From a virus (lineage: Duplodnaviria > Caudoviricetes): a stretch of 64,000 nt of DNA. Positions within the stretch are counted from its first letter, which is position 1, and each line of letters begins with the position of its first letter. The notes below the pieces were generated by a model that was not told the DNA's origin, ran no database searches, and saw only the letters and a list, made by a program, of their open reading frames with translations. Shown here piece after piece: positions 28,860 through 38,265 of the stretch. The stretch spans positions 96,001 through 160,000 of the IMG/VR virus record IMGVR_UViG_3300001528_000425; one strand, written 5' to 3'. Made by a program: the position numbers and the translations under genes.

Positions 28860-31800
28860 ATGAGTATTTCAGAGAAACTAGCATCGAATATCTTGCAGAA
28901 TCCTCTTCTTCTGCAACGAGCTATGCTGCAACAGTATGAAGATGATATCGGCGGTCTCATCGTCGATCCGAACCACACTGTTGGTTACATACTCGAGATG
29001 GCAAGTGAAGTAACTGCCAGTGCGATCAACGAGATCAACAATACCACGGAGGGATTGTATCCAGTTCGTGCGCAAGTCTCCACTGATCTGTACAAACACA
29101 TGAGCGATTATGATTATGTCGGCATGTTCGGTTCTCCAGCATCCTGTCAGATGTCGATCATCTTGGACAAGTATTACATCCTGGAGAAGGCTGTTAAATA
29201 CAATGACAACTACAGTAAGGTTGTCATCCCGAGGAATACTGTGTTTACGATTGGTGACTACGTATTCGGATTGTATTATCCGATCGAGATCCGAGTCAAT
29301 CGCGCTTCACGTACTTTCTCAGTGATCCAAGATACCACGGTGGATAATCCGATCCACACATTGACACAAAACATCCTGGAACATCGATTCATGCGAGATG
29401 ATACGATGGAGTTCCTCGCCATCTCTGTCCCGGTGTATCAGTTCAAGAGAGATCTCTACACGAACACCATCACGGCAAGTGCTGGATTCAATCAGAAGTT
29501 CTCTTATACTGACCGTTTCTACGCGGTACGAATCTTTACCAATATTCAGGACAAGAAAGATCCTACTGTCTACAATTGGGGAGAACTGTCGCAGACTCTG
29601 TCCAATCAGATCTACGATCCGGAGACTCCGACAGCGATCGTTCAGGTTCTGACTGAAACCAGTCAGGTACAGATCCAGATTCCTCAGGTATACCTGTCGA
29701 GTTACATGATCCGAGGGGAGATCAAGATCGAAGTCTACTCTACCAAGGGAGCCATCGAGTACACGATCCCTGTCATCGAGGGAAGTACACCAGCGATGAT
29801 GAAGTTCTCAACGGCAGAACTTTCGGACGATGAAGCCAAGTATTCAGAACCACTTCGGTTGAGTTCTGTACTCTTGATTCAGCCGATCGATACCGTGATC
29901 ACGGGTGGCTCGAACGGATACAACTTCGAAGAGCTTCGGGAGAATGTCATCCAGGATACCTTCTCGGTAAATGCTCCCATTACTCCTGGAGACGTACAGA
30001 ACTACTTCAAGAAGCAAGGATTTATTGTCACGAAATATCGTGACGGTATTACCGATCGTATTTTCCTCTGTCATCAGAAAGTCACTGATGGTGTGTCTGG
30101 AGCCACGATCGCAGCTGCTTCACTGAATACGCAGTTCAGTACGGACATCAAGAAGAACGTATCTGGGATCATTCAGCACAGTTCTTCGTTGTTCACCTTC
30201 CTACCTTCGATCGTTTACGAGTATCAGCAAGCCAAGAATTCTTGTATTCCACTGTCCGATGGAGAGATGCAACGCATTGCTGCATTGCCGGCAGCTCAGC
30301 GCATTGCGGAATTTAACAACCGCATGTTGACGATCTCTCTGTTCCATATCCAGTTGGATATCAGTGATCGGTACCCTCTGGCAACGGCTTATGATCTCAG
30401 AGCACCTAAAGTTCTCTCCAACGAGTTCATCGGTGAAAATCCTGAAGTCATCACGCAGTTGTCGCTTTACTCTTATTCACTCACTTCCGTCAAGAACGGA
30501 ACGGGTGGATTTGATTTAATCCTTCTGATATCCAGAACGGACGATATCAAGAATCTTCTTGCTGTCGGTGACAACAACATCGCGAATATTCGGGTTCTGA
30601 TTGCAACCACCAACATCTATCAGAAACAGGTGTGGGCTGAAGCGACATATCAGAATCGAGTCGATGACAGAGATGTATTTAAACTTCACATCAATACGGA
30701 TTATCAACTGTCACAAACGGATGGAAATCATGCCCTCTGGACAACTGATACTTTCACTGACAATGTTCAGGATGGAACTCATCCGATCTTCTTAACAAAC
30801 GAATTTCACATCGTTTTGACCTTGAGAGAATCGGTACTGGGGGACATCGGAAGCGTCACCAAATCGATTGAGACTTCTTTACCTTACGGTTGGGGCGACT
30901 ACGTTGCCGTATCCGAACAGAGAATGTCCATTCAATTGGGAGAACCGATCGGTGAACTGTTCAACAAGATCAGTCTTGCGTTCAAAGGCGAGGAATATCT
31001 CAAGTACACTACAACGAAGTTCTCCGTCCTGCAACAGACGGAGTATGAACGTGATGTGAACACGGGTATGCTCGTCTATGAAATCGTCGATGGACAGGTT
31101 GTATTGAAAGAGGCCTTCCCGAAAGGTACGCTGGCACTTGTCGCGGCTGGTATTAAACCAGAATTCACGATCAAGGATGCTTATACTTCCGTGGTTGGGC
31201 AAGAGTCTGTGATCAACGGCACGTATTATGCTGTCGACGAGAAGAGCATGAATGCACTGTCTTCTGACCACGATGAGTGGCAGATGGACTTGCACAACAT
31301 GGGTGTAAATGGAGACGAGATCTGGAACTACAAATTCGTGGCGATGGATGCTCTCAGACTGGCACTTGAGTGCTGTGCTCCTGTTCCGAATAAGGAACAA
31401 CTCCCGTCACGTGGTTATGCGAACATGTTCGTATGGGTCAATGATGCTCGAGTGTTCGATGTCGACGGCGTTGCTTCCATCGATCCTCCGATCTATGGCA
31501 TCGTCAAGACAGATGGATCTGGTGACGATACGATCGGTCGGTTGTATCTGTGGACTGCTGATAAATGGACAGCTATGGTTGGAGGAGTCTCTCTCGATGA
31601 CACCAAGACCAAGGTTCGCGAAGACAATGCAACTACCGTCGCGGATTCAGAAGGGCAGCCTGTCTCCAAAGATCCGATCTATCACGGCTATGCGTATGCC
31701 ATGTACCTGAATACTGACAGCTCGTCTACTCTCCAGTATCTGTCGTATCTCGGGATGCAAGCTGCTGTTGTAGCAGGTGATGTGAAGACAGGAACAGAAC

Positions 31801-32672
31801 CACTGTATCCGTCGTTCGCTCATCTGATCGGAGAAGCTCAAGATCCGTTGAAATGGGAAGATCATATCAATCAGTGGCCGTGGGATGTAACTGAGTGGTA
31901 TCGAGTAGCTAATGCTACGTTCACGTTCAAGTTGGGAGGAGTTGAGTACACCAGAGAATACAAACGTTGTTATCTGGATGAAACGATCAATCTCCAATTG
32001 GTTACGGCTGGTATCGATTCCTACACGGAATATGTATCCGGTCAGATCATTCTGGATGGCAACGGTAATCCGATCATCGATCCCAATGCGTATCCGTCTA
32101 CGATCTATCTGATCGAGATGTTGCACCTGGATGCCAAGTTACTGGCAAGTACCACTACCTCTTACCGAAACTATCCGGAAGAGACTTGTGGTGTTCTCCG
32201 GTCTTACTTCCAGACAACTCGTACGGTCAAGGATCAGTTGATGGAGAACACCAGACTGTTCTTCGAACCATTGCGATCGATCGGGAACGGATCGTATAAG
32301 AACGCTGCCGGACAGACTGTTGAGATGTCGCTCGACATCACCATGAAACTGCGAGTCTACGTCAGTCAAGCGGCTGCCAGCGATTCCCAATTGATGGATC
32401 TGTTGAAAGTCAAGATCGTCTCGATCATCGACAAACAGATCTTCAGTGGTACCGTGAACTGTGCGGACATCGCACAGATCCTGCAAGAGGAAGTTCCGGA
32501 TACAGTTCAGTACGTTGATATCCTTGGTATCAATGATGATCCTGATCTGCAGACGTTGATCTTCGCTGACGAACATGTTCGTCCTCACTTGAAACACGAA
32601 CTTGTGCTTCTTGAGGATGGAACAGTTGACGTCAATCGGGGATTGCATCTGGAAATCGTCGTTCAAGAATAA
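28860..32672 (+). CDS. Large virion protein, probable baseplate wedge subunit
   Basis: YSTKG...GGSNG..FEELR pattern like baseplate wedge proteins; 1270 aa. Confidence 0.6.
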   Translation: MSISEKLASNILQNPLLLQRAMLQQYEDDIGGLIVDPNHTVGYILEMASEVTASAINEINNTTEGLYPVRAQVSTDLYKHMSDYDYVGMFGSPASCQMSIILDKYYILEKAVKYNDNYSKVVIPRNTVFTIGDYVFGLYYPIEIRVNRASRTFSVIQDTTVDNPIHTLTQNILEHRFMRDDTMEFLAISVPVYQFKRDLYTNTITASAGFNQKFSYTDRFYAVRIFTNIQDKKDPTVYNWGELSQTLSNQIYDPETPTAIVQVLTETSQVQIQIPQVYLSSYMIRGEIKIEVYSTKGAIEYTIPVIEGSTPAMMKFSTAELSDDEAKYSEPLRLSSVLLIQPIDTVITGGSNGYNFEELRENVIQDTFSVNAPITPGDVQNYFKKQGFIVTKYRDGITDRIFLCHQKVTDGVSGATIAAASLNTQFSTDIKKNVSGIIQHSSSLFTFLPSIVYEYQQAKNSCIPLSDGEMQRIAALPAAQRIAEFNNRMLTISLFHIQLDISDRYPLATAYDLRAPKVLSNEFIGENPEVITQLSLYSYSLTSVKNGTGGFDLILLISRTDDIKNLLAVGDNNIANIRVLIATTNIYQKQVWAEATYQNRVDDRDVFKLHINTDYQLSQTDGNHALWTTDTFTDNVQDGTHPIFLTNEFHIVLTLRESVLGDIGSVTKSIETSLPYGWGDYVAVSEQRMSIQLGEPIGELFNKISLAFKGEEYLKYTTTKFSVLQQTEYERDVNTGMLVYEIVDGQVVLKEAFPKGTLALVAAGIKPEFTIKDAYTSVVGQESVINGTYYAVDEKSMNALSSDHDEWQMDLHNMGVNGDEIWNYKFVAMDALRLALECCAPVPNKEQLPSRGYANMFVWVNDARVFDVDGVASIDPPIYGIVKTDGSGDDTIGRLYLWTADKWTAMVGGVSLDDTKTKVREDNATTVADSEGQPVSKDPIYHGYAYAMYLNTDSSSTLQYLSYLGMQAAVVAGDVKTGTEPLYPSFAHLIGEAQDPLKWEDHINQWPWDVTEWYRVANATFTFKLGGVEYTREYKRCYLDETINLQLVTAGIDSYTEYVSGQIILDGNGNPIIDPNAYPSTIYLIEMLHLDAKLLASTTTSYRNYPEETCGVLRSYFQTTRTVKDQLMENTRLFFEPLRSIGNGSYKNAAGQTVEMSLDITMKLRVYVSQAAASDSQLMDLLKVKIVSIIDKQIFSGTVNCADIAQILQEEVPDTVQYVDILGINDDPDLQTLIFADEHVRPHLKHELVLLEDGTVDVNRGLHLEIVVQE

Positions 32673-32677
32673 CTCAA

Positions 32678-32713
32678 CAACTAGGATGAGGGATCATTCC
32701 CTCATCCTAGTTG
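32678..32713 (+). terminator. Hairpin terminator
   Basis: 16-bp inverted repeat plus T-tract. Confidence 0.8.
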
Positions 32714-32784
32714 CCTTTATTTTTTATGAATCTTGTATATATTGTAACAAGAAGAATATACCAATTAACAGAGGAGATTTCTAA

Positions 32785-33102
32785 ATGGGTAAATTCATGA
32801 ACGGATTGAATTGGGTACTCCAAGTATGCGAAGAGATCCGAAACAGTGATCGTGCACGTGAGGAAGAGGAACTTGATCGACAGAACCGACGCGATATCCT
32901 CAAAGACGAGGTAACGGATATTGAATACGAAGCCATGACACGGGAACAATTGATCAGAGGGCTGAAAGACGCTCGTGCTATCAGCAAAACTATCGCTCTC
33001 GAAAATGCTGATCTCAGAACTAAGGTCGAAGAACTTACGCATAAAGGCCGTGAGCTCGAGAAAGAGATCAGAGAACTCGATCCAAATAGAGAAGAATACT
33101 GA
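32785..33102 (+). CDS. Coiled-coil hypothetical protein
   Basis: GAGGAG SD. Confidence 0.7.
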   Translation: MGKFMNGLNWVLQVCEEIRNSDRAREEEELDRQNRRDILKDEVTDIEYEAMTREQLIRGLKDARAISKTIALENADLRTKVEELTHKGRELEKEIRELDPNREEY

Positions 33103-33141
33103 TGCAATAATGAATTAACTTTTAGAAAGAGAATACGTGAC

Positions 33142-33471
33142 ATGGACTCATTTAAGCCGATGGAAACATCATCCGCTATCACAGAACACAAGAACCGGAG
33201 GCATCGTGTTCTGAAGTTCAGAAATATGCTTCGCAATAAGATCGATCTTCCCTTACAAGAACAATGCAAGTTCTTGATCAACACCGGAGAGATCTCGATC
33301 GCTTCCCTTGCTTCTATGGTGGACCTTACCGAGAACGATATCCGATATCTGCTCGAAGGTAAGGAATACCCTTACATACGATCCAACTGGTTCAGATATC
33401 TCCACGAACCAGAGGATCATGCCGTTCCAGCCGATACACGAAAGTACAAATACAAACGAAAGAATCGCTAA
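33142..33471 (+). CDS. Hypothetical protein, possible HTH
   Basis: SIASLASMVDLTENDIRYLLEG helix-turn-helix-like segment. Confidence 0.55.
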   Translation: MDSFKPMETSSAITEHKNRRHRVLKFRNMLRNKIDLPLQEQCKFLINTGEISIASLASMVDLTENDIRYLLEGKEYPYIRSNWFRYLHEPEDHAVPADTRKYKYKRKNR

Positions 33472-33483
33472 GGAGGACTCACC

Positions 33484-34647
33484 ATGCCTGTTAAGGAAAT
33501 ACGTCTCAACTTCCAGAAACACAACGACACCTTCAATGCAAAAGCAGTTCTGAATAATGAAGAGATCAAGAATCTTCAGTTCGGAAAAGGTCGTATCACA
33601 CAAGTCGGAATTCGGGTGGATGATCAAGTGTACCCGATGTCATTACCGAATCCTACAATGGAAGAATTCATACCGACGGTTTATGCGGTATATCGTACAG
33701 ATGAATTACCGGCTCTTACTCTATATACCAGGAGCCTCATGCTCAATCTGTGCCTGAACGCGGATTCACGTTCCATCATGGATGATAAGATCCCAGCAAT
33801 GGAACCGATTCCGTCTAAGTTGGATCTCCTCGCGTCCAATCAAGTTCTCAATATTGATTTGTGCGGATCTCTAACTCTACAGCATACCGTTCCAACACAG
33901 GGTGCTGCGGAACTTGAAGTCCGCAGCAGTTGTAAGTTGGTCTCAACGATCGATGACATCGAATGGATTGCTACCGCTCAGGAAGACGAAAAGCGTAAGC
34001 TAAGAGATCTTAAGTTGTCAGTTTCTCTGGAGTGGATGATTATCGAACTTCCTATGTATCACGAAGTGCTACGCGACTCACCCAAATGTGACGTCATTAT
34101 TCACGAGATCGATCCGGCCGAAGGACGAGTGTCGGCTATCCGAGAAGGAAGACTCTACGCACAAGGACATCAGATCAAGTTCTTCATGGAGAAAGGCTGC
34201 GAAGATCTGGCTCCTACCAGAGCTCATGATGATGACAGTGGTTTCGATGTGCGTGCATCTCTCGATATGACAGTTGATCCACATTCGGTAAGAGGAGTTC
34301 CCACTGGCGTTCATATGGAGATGGGAAGATCGCGACATTTCATGATGGAAATCCAAGTGAGACCGAGATCGGGATTGGCGATCAAACACATGATCACAGT
34401 TCTGAACACTCCGGGTACCATCGACAACGGCTATCGAGGAGAAGTCGTCATTATCCTTGCCAATCTGAGTGACAAGCCCTTCGAAGTCAAACGAGGAGAT
34501 CGTATCGCTCAATTGGTTCCGATCATGGTACCGATCGTCAAAGCGGACGTTCTCAATCTTTCTGACGAAGTAACTGCGCAGTACTGGGATCATATCTGTG
34601 ATACTCCTCGTGCTACCGGTGGATTCGGTTCTACGGGGTTGTCATGA
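33484..34647 (+). CDS. dut: Trimeric dUTPase with ~230-aa N-terminal extension
   Basis: SGFDV, RSGLA, GTIDNGYRGE, RIAQL, RATGGFGSTG motifs. Confidence 0.92.
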   Translation: MPVKEIRLNFQKHNDTFNAKAVLNNEEIKNLQFGKGRITQVGIRVDDQVYPMSLPNPTMEEFIPTVYAVYRTDELPALTLYTRSLMLNLCLNADSRSIMDDKIPAMEPIPSKLDLLASNQVLNIDLCGSLTLQHTVPTQGAAELEVRSSCKLVSTIDDIEWIATAQEDEKRKLRDLKLSVSLEWMIIELPMYHEVLRDSPKCDVIIHEIDPAEGRVSAIREGRLYAQGHQIKFFMEKGCEDLAPTRAHDDDSGFDVRASLDMTVDPHSVRGVPTGVHMEMGRSRHFMMEIQVRPRSGLAIKHMITVLNTPGTIDNGYRGEVVIILANLSDKPFEVKRGDRIAQLVPIMVPIVKADVLNLSDEVTAQYWDHICDTPRATGGFGSTGLS

Positions 34648-35378
34648 AACAGAGACTCGCTATGACATTGGAAGATCCTCTGGATCATGCCACAAGAGTC
34701 GTTGGACTCGTTGGAAGGATGAAATCAGGGAAGGATACTTTAGCCGAATTTATCAAGGAAAACGCCACAGGTTCTGTCAAAATTATCCACATGGCAGATA
34801 CCCTCAAGGAGATTGGCTTGCTCTTCGGTTTTACCAAAGAACAGCTCAACGATCAATCCTTGAAAGAAGTGGTTGATCCTTACTGGGGCGTTACTCCTCG
34901 GTACTTCCTACAACTGGTTGGAACTGAGATGTTCCGTAACTTGTTCAGGCAAGATGTGTGGACGAAGTTACTAGAACGTCGTATTCGTGCCAACGAAGAC
35001 AACGTGGATCTCTACATCATCGCTGACATTCGATTCCCGAATGAGGCTCGTATGGTACAGGATCTTGGGGGAACAGTGATTCGGGTGTTTCGAGATACAG
35101 TGGAAAAGAAATTCCACCACGATCTTAAGCAAGCTCGATTCACTACGTTCTGTTCTAAGATCCCCCTTCTGAACAAACCTATCCTCTGGATACTGAAGAA
35201 GTGTGGAATGTATCACGCTCCTATCCATGCGTCTGAAGCATTGATGGATGAAATCGAATTCGATCTGGATGTACAGAACAATCGATCTTTATCTGATCTC
35301 AAACGTATTGCTCAAGCACTGATCAGTGATATCGAATGTGGTGTATTCGATCTTCCCAGATTTGATGACAAAAAATAA
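34644..35378 (+). CDS. Deoxynucleoside monophosphate kinase
   Basis: GRMKSGKDT P-loop, LQLVGTE, DIRFPNE, HASE. Confidence 0.9.
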   Translation: MKQRLAMTLEDPLDHATRVVGLVGRMKSGKDTLAEFIKENATGSVKIIHMADTLKEIGLLFGFTKEQLNDQSLKEVVDPYWGVTPRYFLQLVGTEMFRNLFRQDVWTKLLERRIRANEDNVDLYIIADIRFPNEARMVQDLGGTVIRVFRDTVEKKFHHDLKQARFTTFCSKIPLLNKPILWILKKCGMYHAPIHASEALMDEIEFDLDVQNNRSLSDLKRIAQALISDIECGVFDLPRFDDKK

Positions 35379-35387
35379 AGACAAGTA

Positions 35388-35427
35388 CTAGGTAGGTGGA
35401 GCGGGATGCCCCGCTCCACCTACCTAG
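35388..35427. terminator. Bidirectional terminator
   Basis: 18-bp inverted repeat between convergent genes. Confidence 0.8.
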
Positions 35428-35429
35428 GT

Positions 35430-35690
35430 TTATGAAGTCGCTAATTGATAAACGGTCTGGTGTTTACCGAATCGATCTTTCACCGTAAGTGTCAGCCGAT
35501 AGTAAATCAAACGTCCGTTCTCAATCAATTCCAGATTCATCTGGTGAGTACTGAAACTCTTGCTGAACTTCTTGATCTCCTTATTCAAGAAGAACGTGAC
35601 AGAGTCTCTATCCTTCTGAGATTTCGCGGGAGTCTTGGCTTTCTCCCGCATATTCAGAAGGAACTTTTCGAACTCTACTTCAACCTTCAT
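35430..35690 (-). CDS. Hypothetical early protein
   Basis: ATGA coupling with the upstream ORF. Confidence 0.65.
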   Translation of the reverse strand: MKVEVEFEKFLLNMREKAKTPAKSQKDRDSVTFFLNKEIKKFSKSFSTHQMNLELIENGRLIYYRLTLTVKDRFGKHQTVYQLATS

Positions 35691-35902
35691 GCAGTAGCTC
35701 CTTCCTCCTGTTTGTTGCTGATGGTTTCTTCATTCTCTTCAGCGTGATTGCCGTTGGCATATGCACGCAGTGCCTCGGTCGCGATGAGGTCCACCTTCTT
35801 GGCGAACCGATAACCTTCGATGATGTTCACGATTTTGGCAGCCAGGTAAACGGTACCCAGAACTCCACAGACGATTCCGACTCCTTTGGCGAAGTTGTTC
35901 AT
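35687..35902 (-). CDS. Small membrane protein
   Basis: AAGGAG SD; N-terminal hydrophobic helix. Confidence 0.7.
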   Translation of the reverse strand: MNNFAKGVGIVCGVLGTVYLAAKIVNIIEGYRFAKKVDLIATEALRAYANGNHAEENEETISNKQEEGATA

Positions 35903-35914
35903 GATAATGACTCC

Positions 35915-36073
35915 TTATTGATTGTTGGATTTGCAAAGGTCGATTGCTGCTTTCGCAGCGGAAGCGAGGAGGATAACTCCTCCGATCAGTACGGCCGATT
36001 CTGCCGTTTTAACGGCGATCGTTCTCACGTATGCACTACGACATGCAGTGATTTCTTTGATTTCTTGTTCCAT
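35915..36073 (-). CDS. Small membrane protein (MEQEIKE..., 52 aa)
   Basis: AAAGGA SD before ATG at 36073. Confidence 0.65.
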   Translation of the reverse strand: MEQEIKEITACRSAYVRTIAVKTAESAVLIGGVILLASAAKAAIDLCKSNNQ

Positions 36074-36089
36074 GATATCAGTTCCTTTA

Positions 36090-36281
36090 CTAGTTATTCC
36101 CTTTGAGTTTGTTGTAAGTAATGTAACTTCCCGCCGCGATAGCGGCGACACCGATAGCGGAAAGGGTTCCATAAATGAAACCACGTTTCGCTCCTTCCTG
36201 CTGGCCTTTGACGAATCCGTTGACGTATCCGCTGGCCCGAGTGGAATCCAGAATGCAATGAATGATGAACTCACGATCCAT
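36090..36281 (-). CDS. Small membrane protein
   Basis: AAGGAG SD; C-terminal hydrophobic helix. Confidence 0.7.
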   Translation of the reverse strand: MDREFIIHCILDSTRASGYVNGFVKGQQEGAKRGFIYGTLSAIGVAAIAAGSYITYNKLKGNN

Positions 36282-36329
36282 AATAAAATCTCCTTGTTTA
36301 GGTTGGTTAGGTTTATCTTTGTATCATCT

Positions 36330-36346
36330 TCACCTAAGTAATCTAT
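36330..36346 (-). promoter_or_regulatory. Early promoter ATAGATTAC-N5-TGA
   Basis: Consensus match. Confidence 0.7.
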
Positions 36347-36437
36347 GCGTGAAACAAGATGAATAACACGATAACCATCGTATAGATTCACAATGGTATT
36401 TACCGATACTTAATCGTTTCAATTTAGGAGACTCCAA

Positions 36438-36611
36438 ATGGACGAAAAACCTCAAGTTGTCTGCAAGGACACTGTCTCGGCGTACGCGGTGGCGTTCGCT
36501 GTGGCCCGTGATGTCATCACGCTGGTGAAGAAAGATTCCCCGCAGGATGCTGTCAAAGTCGACGCCAAAATTTTCAACACCGTTGTTGCTGCCGGCAACG
36601 GACTCAACTAA
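36438..36611 (+). CDS. 57-aa hypothetical protein (MDEKPQVVCK...)
   Basis: AGGAG SD; precedes a virion gene. Confidence 0.7.
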   Translation: MDEKPQVVCKDTVSAYAVAFAVARDVITLVKKDSPQDAVKVDAKIFNTVVAAGNGLN

Positions 36612-36623
36612 GGGAACCCAATC

Positions 36624-38189
36624 ATGAGTCAAATGGATAACTTCAAGGCTCTTCTCTCCGAGCGGTTCGCGATGGTGGAGGGTGGCGGTCTCGCTTATGT
36701 CGAACTGAAGGATAACACGGAACTCGGGCTTCTGCTCAACGACGTGATCGCCAATATCGAAGTCGAACCCGGTGAAACTCCTGGCGCCACTGCCGGTCGT
36801 ATCGTCGACGCGTTATTCGCCGAAATCGAGAACCCGGATCGTCCGGATCTCAAAGAAGCGTACATGGCAGTTGTCAAAGCATTCGCCGACAAAATCTCCA
36901 ATGCACTGTCTGATCTCAGTGCTTCCCAGAATGAAGCCAATCTCCTGGCTCAGAAGGTCACTGACCAGTACAACGTTTCCGTTGCCAACGATCCGTTCAC
37001 TCGGGAACATCTCGGCAAAGATCGTTCTGCAGCTGAAGTCAACTTCAAACCGTTCCCGTGGGATACCGTGACAGCTTGCCTCGGACCGGAGAAGTTCATC
37101 GTTCATAACGTGAACGATGTCGTGCTCACTCCCGACAGCGAACGGAAAGCCGTGGTGGATGCTTCTTACATGCATCTGGCTGCCAACAAAGTCGATCCTG
37201 CACAGTTCAGCGATATTACGCTGGAGCAGTTCAGCGAAGAAGGGCGCGCTCTGGTGGTCAAACAGATCGCTGGCACTCTGGAACGGTGTGAAGAGGAAGT
37301 GGCCAAAGGCCTGTCCGCTCTCACCTCGAAACAGTTCTTCACCAACATGCTCAGCCTGGTTCGGCAGTATCGTCAGAAACCGGAGATGGCGTTGGAGGAT
37401 CTTTTCAATTCCATCGAATACATCCGAGTGGTGTCTCCGGTGATCGATTGTCTGGAAACTTCCAGTGTCGAAATGAGCGGAGATATCAAGGCGATGCTTC
37501 TCGCCAACGCTCCTGCCGTTCGGCGCATCATGCAGATCATGGGATACTATTCCACCTTCATCCGTCACACCATGCTCAACGAAGCTTATCTGATCCGCGG
37601 AGGTTACACCAACCCGGATCTTCAGAAGGCATTTGAAGAAGCCAAGGGCGATGCGGCTATGCTGGCCACGTACGTGCTGGGTATGTTCCAGGGTAATGTC
37701 GACAGCATTCCGCTTACCGGTGTGACGGTCAATACGATCGTTTCCACTGCTTCCAGGATGGAAGAGATCGTCAAACAGGATACCCGGAACATCGAACAGC
37801 GGCTTACCATCGCGGTTAATACCTACCGCAAGGAAGCATTCAAACACCAGGGCGATATCTGGTTGAAGCAGCTCGCGGCAACGAAGACCGACGCCGAAGA
37901 ACGGGAGGACATCCTGGATGACGGCGATGACGCCATGGATATCCTGGCGACGAATATCGCCACGTTCAACATGCCGACGGTTGACGCTTGCATGGCTCTG
38001 GTCATGGAAGTTGCGAACAGCAACAAATTCTCCAAGATCCTCTGGAAGAAGTTCGGTGCCGCCTACACGAAACGGCTGGTCGAAGGCGGTGACGTCGATC
38101 AGGCTACGATCGATCTTCTGGAATCTGGTGTGATCTGTGATTTGGTTATCCAGTTCATCTTTAAGAAGATGGTAGCGAAACAAGACTAA
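36624..38189 (+). CDS. Putative virion structural protein
   Basis: 521 aa with strongly biased codon usage. Confidence 0.6.
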   Translation: MSQMDNFKALLSERFAMVEGGGLAYVELKDNTELGLLLNDVIANIEVEPGETPGATAGRIVDALFAEIENPDRPDLKEAYMAVVKAFADKISNALSDLSASQNEANLLAQKVTDQYNVSVANDPFTREHLGKDRSAAEVNFKPFPWDTVTACLGPEKFIVHNVNDVVLTPDSERKAVVDASYMHLAANKVDPAQFSDITLEQFSEEGRALVVKQIAGTLERCEEEVAKGLSALTSKQFFTNMLSLVRQYRQKPEMALEDLFNSIEYIRVVSPVIDCLETSSVEMSGDIKAMLLANAPAVRRIMQIMGYYSTFIRHTMLNEAYLIRGGYTNPDLQKAFEEAKGDAAMLATYVLGMFQGNVDSIPLTGVTVNTIVSTASRMEEIVKQDTRNIEQRLTIAVNTYRKEAFKHQGDIWLKQLAATKTDAEEREDILDDGDDAMDILATNIATFNMPTVDACMALVMEVANSNKFSKILWKKFGAAYTKRLVEGGDVDQATIDLLESGVICDLVIQFIFKKMVAKQD

Positions 38190-38210
38190 GAGAAACAAAA
38201 AAATAAAAGG

Positions 38211-38244
38211 ACAGCCGGTGGAGGTCTACCCTCCACCGGACTGT
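38211..38244. terminator. Bidirectional terminator
   Basis: Inverted repeat between convergent genes with flanking A/T tracts. Confidence 0.7.
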
Positions 38245-38265
38245 TCTTGTTTTGATGATGATTCT

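Noticed and set aside
33100-33141. TGA read-through fusing 32785 and 33142 (same frame)
   Set aside because: In-frame adjacency is common by chance and there is no supporting homology.
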